NCBI GenBank assembly: GCA_051294905.1
Contig: CM119371.1
Span: 15,068,001-15,132,000, forward strand
DNA from: Botryllus schlosseri
Lineage: Eukaryota
Reading direction: 5' to 3'
DNA length: 64,000 nt
Positions within the stretch are counted from its first letter, which is position 1. The number at the start of each line of letters is the position of its first letter. The notes under the pieces were generated by a model. It saw only the letters and a list, made by a program, of their open reading frames with translations. It made no database searches and was not told the origin of the DNA. Below, piece by piece: positions 1-12,067 of this stretch. Both the position numbers and the translations under genes were made by a program.

Positions 1-392
1 GCCGTAGGGTGGGGGTTATGCAGCCAGTGACAAAAAGGTCCGAAGAATTTAAGTTTGTGTTGATTTTATTGACCTAAGCATAGTATCGAATTCAAGCATG
101 ACTAAATAAAAGACCAAAATTCTATTGGCGTAGCAAGAAGTATGCGATTCTGAACTCTGAATAGCAGTGCAGCTGCTACAATTTTTTGATGGTGCTGCAG
201 CGCCCCCTTGGGAATTACTTTTTTTGCGTAGGCTATGCTTTGAGTCGTCATTCGTGCAGTTTCAGTACGTCTCGCGTTTTTAACACAATATTAAAAGAAA
301 CAGTCTCGGCTTAAGATTTTCATGAAACGCTAACTTTCATGAGCGTCAGTAAAAATCTTTCAGTTAAATATAATTAAATTACATACCATACA

Positions 393-725
393 TAGGGTTA
401 CCATACGTCCTCTTTTTTGACTTTTTTGAAAGTGTCCTAGGAGGACACGATTAGACTCGAAGTGACGCTCCGGCGGGTATTTGAGAATGAAAAACGGTGA
501 TTTGAGCTCTGAGCGAAAAGTTGACTTTTTTTTCTAGTCAACCACCTAACAATGTGGAGAGAAAAATGGTATTTTGAGCATCGAGCGAAAAGTTGACCTT
601 TTTTTAGTCAATCGATCACAAAGTGGGAAAAATTCACCGAATTTTGAGAATTCTTCACCGGTTTTGCAAGTCTCAAATTTCTAAAAAGGTGTCCTCTTTT
701 GAGATTTCCAAAATATGGTAAGCCG
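393..725. mobile_element. Degenerate non-autonomous hAT-type element with TAGGGTTACCA termini
   Basis: Starts TAGGGTTACCATA and ends TATGGTAAGCCG (degenerate inverted copy). Same termini as 42515-43605; related fragments near 11678 and 50840-50888. No clean TSD. Confidence 0.45.
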
Positions 726-909
726 AATCAAAATGTCTTGACCAGTTACAACTGTTTAGCTAAACATAAACTTATCCTGCACCTTCATATTCTGTCAGGC
801 ATTGGAAAATGGAAACATTTCTTCACTCTGCACCCTTTCACACCAAACATACTAGACAACAACTGAATCAAAACCACAAAACAACACATCAGCTACAGTT
901 AGGATAGAG

Positions 910-2118
910 CAGAGGTCTCAAACACGCGGCCCGCGGGCCGCATGCGGCCCGCCAGAGCGTTTTGTGCGGCCCGCGACGACATTTTAGATTTTTAATACTT
1001 TGACAATGTATAGGCCTAAGTTTCACATATATCTTTTCAGGTTATAAAGTCAAAATTCCCTCTTAAATTGCCCCGAAATACTGAAACTATTCACCAAACT
1101 TCACTATCACATCAATTGCAAACGCTACCATGCAGTGGAAGATTCACTATTTCGCCATATTTCCAGTTCATGATAGCAAAACCTGACCCTTAGACGATTC
1201 CTGACTGAAATTTGTGAGTTGGACTTGGACGCGACCTTTCTTAGAATTACTCAGACTCGGGCTAACTCGATGCCAAAATGAAAATGACTCGAGTGGACTC
1301 GGAGTGACTCGGAATGCCGTGAATTTGTTAGAACCATGGACGCAACAAACTAATCGCGAATCAGGGGAATAGTAATAGATCAGAAGGTCGCAGCTTGGTA
1401 TTTCGCGAACTAAGCAAGTAGTTTTGGTAACCATTGGCAATCTGTCAGTTACATCTTTGGTCGCTAAACCATGTTATTAAGGGCACTTACAAGTACCGAG
1501 TACCGTATGTTGTACGCTCCAACGATGTAACAACAATGGCCCGTTCGGCGTCCCGACATTTCAATCACTAAGGCACAATCATTAATATATTTATATTATA
1601 TTTATATTTGTTTCTGCTCCTATATTTGAAGATATTTGGCTATGAGATTATTAGCCTACTTATCAGAAGTATACCGGAATCTTGGATTGGAATTACAATA
1701 CCCAACCTAAAAATGTTTTGATATCAAATCAGTATCTGTTATCAAACTGTTAAATTCAAAATATTCATAGTAGCTGCAAAATTATAACCCGATAGCTTTT
1801 ATGATGGCATCATACATTTGTCCGCCCATATTGTGGCTAAATCTTATAATTAATATATATCAAGTACAACAACAATTCTTTTCAAATAGTTATAAATGTG
1901 ATGATTCTTTTCGTGCCACGCCTGAATTTATACAAGAGTAAATCACATTTGACGATACTGTCAGCCTTTTGGATCGACTCATTTTCAATAGAACAATTCA
2001 TTCCCGCCAAATAAGCCCTACTTGGAAAGAGATAGAATATCCCTATAAATGCTGCGGCCCGTGGCGTCGTCAAAACTGGAAAACTGGCCCGCGAGCACAT
2101 TTGAGTTTGAGACCTCTG
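910..2118. mobile_element. Non-autonomous hAT-Charlie-type element
   Basis: TIR CAGAGGTCTCAAAC...GTTTGAGACCTCTG; perfect 8-bp TSD GGATAGAG (902-909, 2119-2126); GCGGCCCGC subterminal motifs; second copy at 42021-44302. Confidence 0.9.
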
Positions 2119-2296
2119 GGATAGAGAGAGAAAAGCAATCAAGTAGTCATCAGGAGCAATCACAGAAGCAATCACGACAGGTTTACAGCCATCACATGGC
2201 ACTCACTAAAATACGGAATCCATTACATCAAGATGCTCAGGTGCTAAGCGACGAATACTTCCACTTTTCCCAACCACTCACGTAGGATTTTCTTGC

Positions 2297-2790
2297 CAGG
2301 GTTGTAACCAAGGCTCAAGGTTCCGAGTCACAAGTCAATGTCACTTCCAAAATTTTGACTCAAGTCAAGTCGAGTAATTCTCAATTCACCACCGAGTCAA
2401 GTCAGCTAGTAGAGGATCGAGTCCGAGTCATAGTGTTTTGACTCAATGTTCCGTTATCAGTTCAATCCGGTTCAACCCATGTTTTTCAACTCTGCGCGAG
2501 TGATATAAAATAGCTCCGATTCATACTATAGTAATTTTCTTCAGCCCTAAGAGTTTCTGGCCCTATTTTCAAGTATCAGGACTAATAGACGAAATAACAA
2601 TAACATGGTAACTTTACTATTCTTTGAAGTTAATGAAATGTCCGTCTTGGCCGTCCTACTCTTGCGTCATATGACTTGGTTCGAGTCGTGCACAATGACT
2701 CCAGTACAAGTCGAGTCAATATAAAAATTGACCCGAGTCGAGTCATTTTACGCATTCGAAAAAATGACTCGAGTCACAAAAAAATCGCGA
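2297..2790. mobile_element. GACTCGAGTC-motif hAT relic
   Basis: Begins CAGGGTTGTAACC and has many GACTCGAGTC motifs. Also present at the equivalent site of the paralogous unit (~14809-15280). Further family relics near 32010-32520, 44460-44608 and 47400-47601. Confidence 0.6.
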
Positions 2791-3460
2791 GAAACAATCC
2801 TGTTGTTTGCAGACTATAACTTATATTTAACGGTTTTTCAGGATAAAACACGGCCTGGGCCGCCCGGCGCTAATCGTCACCACTACGCTATCAACAGGAA
2901 TTCATATTCATGACATGATATACCTGCTGTAATCCAGGGTTGTAATGACTCGAGTCAGACTCGAGTCACGATTTTTTTATGACTCGACTTGACTCGAGTA
3001 ATTTTCTTGAAATGGGAAAATGACTCGACTCGACTCGAGTCAATATTTGGATTGACTCGACTTGTACTCGAGTCATTACGCATGACTCGACCCAAGTCAT
3101 TGACTCGGCTTATTTTATATGACTTGAAGATGAAGAAATTTGCGAATCATAATGGCTAGATCAACGCATCCGACGAATTCTGCCGACATCGCTATTTGTC
3201 ACCACTGCTTTCGTTGCACTTGTCTGATATCAGATATGCCGCCGTAAAAACAACAGAAAATGATACATAGTAGCAATGCATTGTACAAAATCGTCCAGTG
3301 ATGAAGAGGTAATAGATCCTCCGCAATTAAAGTACTCAAGACTTTTCAATTATACAAGCAAACAATTGGATCAAAGTTCAATTAGAGGCAATGAAATGAC
3401 TCAGATGGTGAAGAGACTGATAATCTCATGTGTAGATTTGAAAGCGATGATTCTTTGCAT

Positions 3461-3643
3461 TTTTGGGCGACTAGACAGAATGAGTATTAAATGCTCTTCA
3501 GTGTGGTTCAAAAATGCTTGTCAATTCCTGCATCGAGTGCACTAGTGGAGCGTGTATTCAGTAGATGTGGATTCATTCTACGGCCATGCCGCTTTAACAT
3601 ATTCGAGGATCTCCTTTCCACATTAGTATTTTTGAGGTGTAAC
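3461..3643 (+). pseudogene. hAT transposase C-terminal dimerisation domain remnant
   Basis: Manual translation gives FWATRQNEY*MLFSVVQKCLSIPASSALVERVFSRCGFILRPCR...DLLSTLVFLRCN, matching the hAT C-terminal pattern (W...PASSAxxERxFS...LxFLxxN), with an internal stop. Confidence 0.8.
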
Positions 3644-3768
3644 TCATTGATTTGATCTGCTGTCTGTGAAAACACACAATGCCCCTCGTCCATTTGACGT
3701 TTTGTTAGGTATGTGCATTGTGCACGTGAGTAATAATGAATGGCTAATGTTGTGTGATGTTTGTACAA

Positions 3769-4252
3769 TATGGCTGTTCTAAAATAACTGCTTTTTTATT
3801 TTACTGGGTGGTTACTTGATAAAATTGTTATGTTGCATAAAAGGAACACTGAATCTGGCTTAATTTGAAAAAAGTGGAATCAATGATGTGAGAGAAGAAT
3901 ATTTTGGATTTGAAAATAAATGGAGTATTTTAGTGAGAAATTCTTTCATATAATATAATTACATAGTAGTAAGCCGATTATTTTTTCATATCCAAAACAT
4001 TCTACTCTAATAACTTCACTTTTTCTAGTTGGAATTGAGTCAAATTTGCTATGAATCATATTTTTACACAATGTAACAATATCATGAGATAGCCGGTAAA
4101 ATTCGAAAATCTCTATTTGTAATTAGTCTAAAATTTTCTTTCATAGCATTGCTTTCTACTGGTTGGAATTGAGCCAAATTTGATTTTTTAGGCAATCTAG
4201 CAATTTTAAGAAGTAGTCGGAAAATTTGAAAAAATGTTTTTGAACAGCCCCA
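3769..4252. mobile_element. Nested degenerate hATm-like MITE
   Basis: Termini TATGGCTGTTC / GAACAGCCCCA (consensus TAGGGCTGTTC); perfect TSD TTGTACAA (3761-3768, 4253-4260); 5' part resembles 5393-6014. Confidence 0.72.
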
Positions 4253-5392
4253 TTGTACAATTATTTCTCCAATGCTGTAACTGCGATGTAGTCTGTAATG
4301 CAATTGGGAAAACCTTTAGTATAATCAAAGGGTATCTGTTCTGTTGTCACTGCACAATGCACATAGTTGCATGCACGCTTTTACAGCATGCTGGCCTGTT
4401 GTAAATACCTCTACATAAACATGCATCTATTGATTCTCTATCAACTAGTATCTTGACGTGAATTTGTTGGTTCTCTATCAGCTATTCGTGAACTATCGTC
4501 GATGTGTTCATAATAAAAACTGAATGCTTGTATTGGTGATGTATCAGACTGACAAGAGAGATATTCGATTTTAAGTTCTAAGATTAGTAAAGTTATCTTT
4601 AACATCGGTAAATAAGACCAGGACCTGTCCGTTATCTGCCTAAATAAACACGTGCCAAGACTCTGATAGGGACAAAATGAGCATGTTTCGCAAACAAGGA
4701 ATTCGATATTACCCAAGCAGGATTGAAAACATGAGTTGAACATGACTTCAATACTGTGACTTGGACTCGACTCGAGTCATAACACCATGACTCGGACTTG
4801 ACCCTTTAAACGGTGACTTGGACTCGGACTCGAGTCTGTGATGAATTGAAAATGACTCGACTCGACTCGAGTCAAAACCACAAAAGTATGATTGACTCGT
4901 GACTCGGAACCATGTGACTTGGTTACAACCCTGCTGTAATCTCAGGTGTTGAAACAGTTCGACACTGGCTCAGTGGTTGTACTGTTGTTACCACAAGCCA
5001 GAAGTCGCAGGTTGTACTCTTCCTTCCTGTCGTTAATGCCTGACAAGCAAATTCAGTGCTGGTTCTGAACATGGATAAATAGGAAACATAACCAAATATA
5101 TTCTGACCACATTCGACAAAGTATAGGTACCAACTTCAATTTTCGAGAATGTATTCCCAACATTGTTATCAATCAAATCAACATAATATCCGATAGGACT
5201 GTCATAATAAGCATATCTTAGGGTTGCCATGAGAAACAAAGATAAGATGTCCGAAATGGGTCATTACTCCAGAATTTGTAAAGTAATATATATATGAATT
5301 GTTTAAAAATAATATGCACATGCACATTCAAATTTTCGATGTGTTCAATAAACAATATGTCATGAAAATGGTAAACAACAAAATCTGCAATT

Positions 5393-6014
5393 TAGGGCGG
5401 TTCAAAAAGAAACTTTTTTCCTGAATCTTGCTGGTTACTTGATTAAATCGTTAGGTTGCCTTAAAAAATGACGCACACCAAATTTGAATTCATTCCAACC
5501 AATATTCGCGGATTTCGTAGAGTTTGAAAATTTTGAATTTGCCTAAAAATGCAAAAAAAAAAATTTTTTTCAAATTTTTATGCCAACCCCATGAAATTAT
5601 TGCGCTGTCTTCAAAAACCATGCACAACAAATTTGACTCAATTCGAAGCCGTAGAAGTGGAGTTATTTCAGTTTTTCTTTGATAGTTCTGGGATTATCCT
5701 TGATTGAGGGATCATCCCAGAATTATCATAAAAAAACTTGAATAACTCCACTTCTGCAGCTTGTAATTGAGTCAAATTTGTTTTCCATCGTTTTTGAAGA
5801 CAGCGCAACAATTTCATATGGATCGAGGGAAAATTGGAAAAAAATTTTTTTTTTGCATTTTCAGGCAAATTCAAAATTTTCAAACTCTACGAAATCCGCG
5901 AATATCGGTTGGAATGAATTCAAATTTGGTGTGCGTCGTTTTTCGAGGCAACCTAACGATTTAATCAAGTAACCAGCAAGATTCAGGAAAAAAGGTTATT
6001 TTTGAACCGCCCTA
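5393..6014. mobile_element. Palindromic (hairpin) MITE with hATm-like TAGGGCGG ends
   Basis: TAGGGCGGTTCAAA...TTTGAACCGCCCTA. The ~300-bp arms are near-perfect reverse complements meeting near 5704. ATCTGCA is on both flanks (imperfect TSD). Absent from the paralogous unit. Confidence 0.85.
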
Positions 6015-6474
6015 ATCTGCATGGACTCGATGCATATGTCTACGAGACAGGTGGTCACAGGCCGTCGTGGTATGTTGAGATAATCAGATGATTCACTTAC
6101 GTGCTAGTCGGTCATTTGAGGAAGAATATCTAGCAGCGTTCACCAGCAGGTCATAAAACACACCGTTGTGTTCGTGCATTTTACGTTGGTAACCTATCCG
6201 TTGCATGATAGGCAGTACAGCTGTTTTTGTAGAGATTTTTTTCCAAATTTCAATAACCTAGTGGTTTGGTTGATGTTACCTAAAGACCGGTGAGCACTAA
6301 AGTTTCCTCAGTTCCAAGTCCCAACCAGTGGAAACGACTTACATCAAATCTTTTTTCGACCATTTTCTAATATACGGTAATAGTATGTGTAGTGATATTT
6401 TTTCACGAATTTTCATGTTAAGAAGGGTCTATGATAGAGATTGCAAATATTTACCATTAAAAAAAATCAATTTG

Positions 6475-6715
6475 CAGAGGTGGTCAGTTACGAAGTACTT
6501 GAAGTAGATTTTGCCTACTCACACTACTTTATAAGTAGTTATGATTTTAGACTACTTCGACTTCTACTTGAAAGTTTTGTAGGCAAAAATAAGCGTAGAA
6601 TACCTACTTACTTACATACTTGTGAACCACCACTCCTACTTCTACTTGAGTAGAAATTACGGCGTTACTTCTACTTCTACTTGAGTAGCAATGGTGACTA
6701 CTTTGACCACCTCTG
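6475..6715. mobile_element. Short hAT-type MITE with AGTAC/TACTT-rich interior
   Basis: TIR CAGAGGTGGTCA...TGACCACCTCTG; absent at the paralogous site (~16025); related pieces near 29200-29328, 57510-57640 and 63029-63180. Confidence 0.7.
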
Positions 6716-6848
6716 CTGATTTGTAGGAAATTAATCAAGTTCATTGAGACAACCACGTTCAAACTATGGTGTGATGATTCGCAAATAAAATACTTCCCAC
6801 ATTGAGATAATTCACAAGTCGTTAATCATTGGTCACAAATAGCACCCA

Positions 6849-8432
6849 TCATTTCGAAAATGACATGCAACAAACACTCGCATCTTTCGGAGAGGGTGGT
6901 TGCTCATCTTCAGATACCAAGAACTTATCCAATTCTACAGTTGCTATCTTTGTTCGTAATTGTTTATCATATATATACAACTTGTCCGTGATATGAATTT
7001 TGCATCCTGCATTGTATTTTTCAATGCGTAGACCAGGAACGAATTTCCATTGCTTTGTTATATCATCGTGGAATACAACTTCCTTTGAATGGTTACTGAT
7101 AGCATACACAGTCCCATTATACCTAAATGCAGATCCCTCCGCAACTGAAATTGGAATCTTTGAGATCTGGATACTCTGCATGGTTCTCAAATTGATCTGA
7201 AAAGCACGTGTGTTAACACAGCCTGGTACAGCATCAATGACATAAATGCATTCTTCCATACTCGTAATAGCAAATTTATTACTAATGCATGGTGCATTTC
7301 TTTTGATTTCAATTGATGACGACGTGCCAACGCCTAATTCATATAGGACTACTTGTCGTCGTGTAACCATCGCAATGTATTTCCCACATATGATGCATCT
7401 GTTGTATTCATCCTCCAAATCGTTCTCGTACAACTTTTTCCATTTCAACTCACTGTAACTAAAGACTGCATTGCCAGTTGTGACATAAATTATTCCTTTA
7501 TGCTCAACTACATCAAGGCACTTGGTTGATATGCCAGGAGGAAGTCTCGTAAATACCGACCATTTATCTTCAATTTGGCTGTACCTGTACACCGTCCTGG
7601 ATTTAGTGTCACATGATATGATGCCGGTCATCTGTTGACCACAAGCCAGGGGCACTTTGGAACATTTTTCCAATGCATAATCATGACTCACTATTTTCTG
7701 CAAGCATTTCTTTGAATCAGTCACCAATGCCTCACAAATGATATTTTCGCTTATAAATTGTCGAGTAAGAAATGCTAGATCAATCGACTGGAAGCAATCG
7801 TCAAAGGCATCTTTTCTTCTAAGCATGTCATGTTTGACCCAGGTCATCACTGCATTCCATTTTAACGTTTCATATTTCTTGCCCCAGTTTTCCACAAGAG
7901 ACAGCAAGTAAAGCAATATATCTTTTGATAAAGACTTCAGCTCTGGTGACTCAATAAATGCATTGAGATTTTCCTGGAAAAAGATTTGAATTGACGTTAT
8001 CAAAAGTTTCTTTTGATAAAGCAGAGCCACCGATAGCATCTCCGCTACATTTTCCATGGTTACATTCTCGGAAAGAAATTCAACGTAGAGATCCGTCAAA
8101 TCATGGAGGCAAAATATATCCGATGTTTTTATGAAATCAGTTATGCGATCCAAAGTAAAATCAACTTTCCCGGTATAAATGAAGTTGATGCATTGTTTCA
8201 CAACATCACCAGATGTATCAGGGAATGAGACAATCCCAGTCTTTGATTCTTTCGTATCATTCGAAAACATGGCTCGGAAATATTCCGACGCGGCAATCAA
8301 TACAAATTTATGAACTTTGATTTCGTCTTGCCCAGCCACAAAAGTGATGTCACAAAACTCTTCTTCTTCTCTCAACGCATTCATGGAATCGAGCATGGAT
8401 CGTGGATGCAAGGAACATTCCTTTGGAGACAT
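6849..8432 (-). CDS. BTB-BACK-Kelch-like protein, subfamily A (A1), 527 aa, intronless CDS
   Basis: BTB motifs FCDITF...HKFVLIAASEYFRAMF...FIYTG; BACK domain (F..L.KD.L..LL...V..WVKHD...R); C-terminal degenerate Kelch-like blades (IYVTTG, IYVI, VYAI, W-ending strands). Confidence 0.93.
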   Translation of the reverse strand: MSPKECSLHPRSMLDSMNALREEEEFCDITFVAGQDEIKVHKFVLIAASEYFRAMFSNDTKESKTGIVSFPDTSGDVVKQCINFIYTGKVDFTLDRITDFIKTSDIFCLHDLTDLYVEFLSENVTMENVAEMLSVALLYQKKLLITSIQIFFQENLNAFIESPELKSLSKDILLYLLSLVENWGKKYETLKWNAVMTWVKHDMLRRKDAFDDCFQSIDLAFLTRQFISENIICEALVTDSKKCLQKIVSHDYALEKCSKVPLACGQQMTGIISCDTKSRTVYRYSQIEDKWSVFTRLPPGISTKCLDVVEHKGIIYVTTGNAVFSYSELKWKKLYENDLEDEYNRCIICGKYIAMVTRRQVVLYELGVGTSSSIEIKRNAPCISNKFAITSMEECIYVIDAVPGCVNTRAFQINLRTMQSIQISKIPISVAEGSAFRYNGTVYAISNHSKEVVFHDDITKQWKFVPGLRIEKYNAGCKIHITDKLYIYDKQLRTKIATVELDKFLVSEDEQPPSPKDASVCCMSFSK

Positions 8433-9166
8433 ATTTCATAGAAGATCAGTTAGACACATGTAATTACATATGCTGCAAAATGTAACAAAAATACAATATT
8501 GTAATCAGTACAATTTTAAAATCGCTGCTTGTTTTTAAAAAAAGAATGCACCAAAAATGTTCACATTTGCCGACATTTAGGGGTCAGATTGTCGATTCTA
8601 TAAATAACCAACAACTAATGTTTATGGGCAATTATGAGATTGCCGTCGCAATTTTATCGCCATATAGGCTACAAGCGACTAAGTAATTGGCGATATTAAA
8701 CGCTTACGAGTCACTCTAATAGTAATATATATATTTGTCATTTACCGTAATTTTCCATGTATAATGCGCAAAATTTTACCAATTTTTTTGCCCAAAATAG
8801 GGGGTGCGTATTATACATGGGTACAGCAAGCCTTGAAAAAAAATCCCTCGATCAAAACTTCAAATCACTCCTTTCTTCATGTTTGTTTAAATCGCGCATC
8901 ACCTCTAGCCATTGGGCCCCCATAATTCGTATTATAGGTGATTCCCAACCGCGGCCCCCAAAAAAATATTGAGAAATCGATCTATGAAAAAAAAATATTT
9001 ATAAAATACTCTTGCTTGGCTTGGAGTCTGGAGTTTTCAATTAGCATTGCAGGCAAGTTGTGAGTAGACTGCTAAGATTACGTCACTGCTGTTTCAATGC
9101 AATGTGCCGTAACTTTCCAGTTGAACGGGCAGTACCTATAGATATAGGTATAGTTAGAGGTATTGA

Positions 9167-10541
9167 CAGGACCGTAACTGCCACACCCCAAGCCCCCCAA
9201 TTAGGGGCAGCGAGCTCGAAGGGGGCCCAAAATTATTTAGTGAATTAGCATAAATTATAGAGTATTTTATGAAATTTTATGCAACTTTTTCAAAGATTTT
9301 TCGCGCCGCGCGCGATTTCAAGTTTCCAAGTACCTTAATTATTGCGTACTCTTCGATCAAGATAAAATACGCAAGATTTATAGAAGTGGGCATATCGGCG
9401 TTAGCCATTACCGCGCCACGCCGCACGAAGACTTATAAAGTTTTAGGCCATGTAACATGCGATTCTAAGAAGTGTGCCAGAACGATCGGAAGCTAGAAAA
9501 CCTTGGCCGAAAAGGACTGCCCTTACGCTGACCGCAAACTCCGATCGAGGTCGACTTCCGAATTCCGATACGTAAGTGTCGGAGGCTCCTCCTAGGCTCC
9601 TCCTCGCCACCTCATCCGCGTCAGCGGTGTCTTACAAAAGCCTAGAGGTGGGCCGTGCTATAAGTCGGCAGTTACGGAAAATAAGAAGAATATCGGCCTG
9701 GTGTAAATGACCATAGTAGTCGACAAACACCATGAATACCCCAAATACAAAAAAAAAGTACGTTTGGGCGATTCTATATTTTTTGATACAGCAAACTGGA
9801 GGTCACGAAATAACAAATAACATCATGTAACGAAGTCTGACCAACGGGTCCGCCCGTCCGAATATGTTTAATTATTATTTACGGGCCATACAGTTTCCAA
9901 GACACCTCACTCAGCTCTACCGGTAAATCTGATTACGTGAGCAGAGAGGACAAGTAATTGATAGCAATATATATGCAATTCCCGATCTCATTGACCTATT
10001 TTATTTTGAATTATCGAAAATTTTCGCGCACAGCGCTGGCTCACTAAACGGGGATCCTGATTTCGTGGCAGAAGCGAACAACGGCACGGGGGGGTCGGTT
10101 TATCACCCTATGGGAGCTCAAGACCCAAGTGTTCTGGGGGGGGGGGGGGCTGACAAAGTGCTGTTTCGTTCCTGCCACCGGGTATACGCCCGAAGATGTT
10201 TAATTATTATTGATTGGTTCTACCTTTTCAAACACAACTCACTCGACTCAACCGGTCAATCTGATTACGTGAGCAGAGAGAGGATAAAAATTGATACCAA
10301 TATATATGCAATTCCCGATTATATTGACCGATTCAATCATGAATTATGGAAATTTTTCGCGCTTTGCGCGATTTGTCGTGAGTAGCTGCCTAAAACGGAC
10401 ACCCGATTTTGATGATAACTGGCGGTAAACAGCCATCTAGCCTGAGAAGGTCTGGGGGCTTCGAAGTTCGGTCTATCACCCTATGGCGGGCCCAAGAGAA
10501 ACGTTTTTTGGGGGGGCTGACGAAGTGCTGTAACGGCCCTG
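9167..10541. mobile_element. Nested non-autonomous hAT element (CAGGGCCG-type ends)
   Basis: CAGGACCGTAAC...GTAACGGCCCTG; perfect 8-bp TSD GGTATTGA (9159-9166, 10542-10549); internal ~340-bp diverged duplication; related fragment at ~50030-50780. Confidence 0.85.
9543..9758 (+). mobile_element. 5'-truncated SINE copy
   Basis: Aligns with the body of the tRNA-headed SINE at 38706-38972 (CGAGGTCGACT, CTAGGCTCCTCC, GGCCTGGTGTAAATGACCAT) and ends in an A-run. Confidence 0.65.
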
Positions 10542-12067
10542 GGTATTGACAACTAATTTACGGATAGATGTGCAACAAGTGACTCACGATTGAATACGCC
10601 GAAATGCGGACTGCTTAGCCGGCAAAAAGCAGCATAATTGGTAGTCCTATAGCTCGCGACCCAAGCATCCGAATAATTTGATATGTCGGTGTTTATCGAA
10701 AGCAAGTGTCGCACTGATTCCAAAAATACGAATTGAAATCTCGCCAGTGCAATAAAACTACTCCGAAATAGCCAGCAAATGTCGATTGTTCTGAACAATG
10801 GGAGCGCGGCAAACACAATGGCCAATGGCGTCAAACGAATGATCGGAACAATGCCAATTTTCATATTTTGGTGACTATTTTGGGTTCCTTTCATTGCCGT
10901 GGTATTCGTGCGGCCCCGGCCGTACTCTGAAATTCTAAATTTGGCCCTGCCATCGAAAAAGGTTGGGAACCACTGTTATAGAGTGTAACGCGCCGCCAAA
11001 TAGAGAAGCGTGTTGGCAACAAGGTGTTACCAATTAACGAAAAGTGTGTTTCTAATTAACGAGAGTCATCTGCAAAGCACGCGATCTCTTGCCGAGTTGG
11101 TTTGCAGTTTATACGCGAGCGAAATCAGGTCCCTGATCGCTACAAGCGTGCGCGGCAATCCTTATTGATTCATCGCGTTAACGACAGGCCTTAACAATCG
11201 CATACACAAGAGGCCACGTGCGCAAGATATAATCGCTTGCGTAATTAGTCGCATCTCCAACAGGACTGGTCCGCCCGACATAACCGTTGGCCTGAGCAAT
11301 CGCTTCTGTAATTGTAATAGGCGTCGTGCGCAAGATGTCGTGTGCCGCTAGCCTGAACTATTGCATCGCCGACCTCACAGGCTTTGGCTACTATCTACTC
11401 TCGTTTAGAGACAATGCCGTTTATTGTATTTTTATTTGCGATCATTATGTCATGATTGTTCGACAGTGACATCGTAAAACAGAACAACATCGAATACTAA
11501 ACCGCAATTATTCATGTACTCATGTACTGCGAATGCAGGGTGCGTAGTACTATACATGGGTATAGGCTTTTTCCCAGAATATACACGTCATTTTAAGGGT
11601 GCGTATTATACATGGGGGCGCACTATATCCGGAAAATTACGGTACATCTCAGTTATTAATTCTGCCACATTTCTACGTAGTGTTACCACATGTCATTTTT
11701 TAGGAAGATTTGTCCTCCTTTTTCGGGAAATCAAAAATGTCCCACGAGGACGCTTAAATGTCCTCCTTTTTGAAGAACCGTCCTCCTTTATAGCTTCGAC
11801 AGCCAAGGTAATGGACAGACTGATCAAAATAACGCTATAAATGACGTGAAATCTGTAATGCGGACGTTCCAGATTCCAGCTGGTGATTTGAGAGAAGGAC
11901 TGGAAAAACTTTTTTCAGTTAACACTACAGCAGTATTGTTAAAAAGTGGGTAATCCGAGAGTCGAATCAAAATGACGACAGCATAAGTATAATAAAAAAG
12001 TGTGTAATTCCATAGGCATTTTGGAAAAACGACCTTATTTTATTTAGTCAACACAAACTTTCTAGTA

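Larger units (their letters stand above)
2935..4933 (+). mobile_element. Internally deleted hAT transposon (GACTCGAGTC family)
   Basis: TIR CAGGGTTGTAA...TTACAACCCTG; perfect 8-bp TSD CTGTAATC (2927-2934, 4934-4941); dense subterminal GACTCGAGTC repeats; carries a hAT dimerisation-domain remnant. Confidence 0.9.
740..8560. repeat. Segmental duplication unit of the KLHL-A gene and its 3' flank (paralog of ~14480-17870)
   Basis: Blocks ~740-900, 2130-2790, 5050-5380, 6085-6460 and 6720-8560 align collinearly with 14480-17870. The extra length here is mostly TE insertions. Confidence 0.85.
8938..10975. mobile_element. Nested hAT-Charlie-type MITE (left end eroded)
   Basis: Right end AGGTTGGGAACCACTG; left remnant GTGATTCCCAACC; TTATAG on both flanks. 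Confidence 0.5.
8745..11642. mobile_element. Tc1/pogo-like MITE (CCGTAATTTTCC ends, TA TSD) expanded by nested insertions
   Basis: TA|CCGTAATTTTCC...GGAAAATTACGG|TA. Uninterrupted ~640-bp copies in the opposite orientation at 34895-35535 and 37952-38594. Confidence 0.8.
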
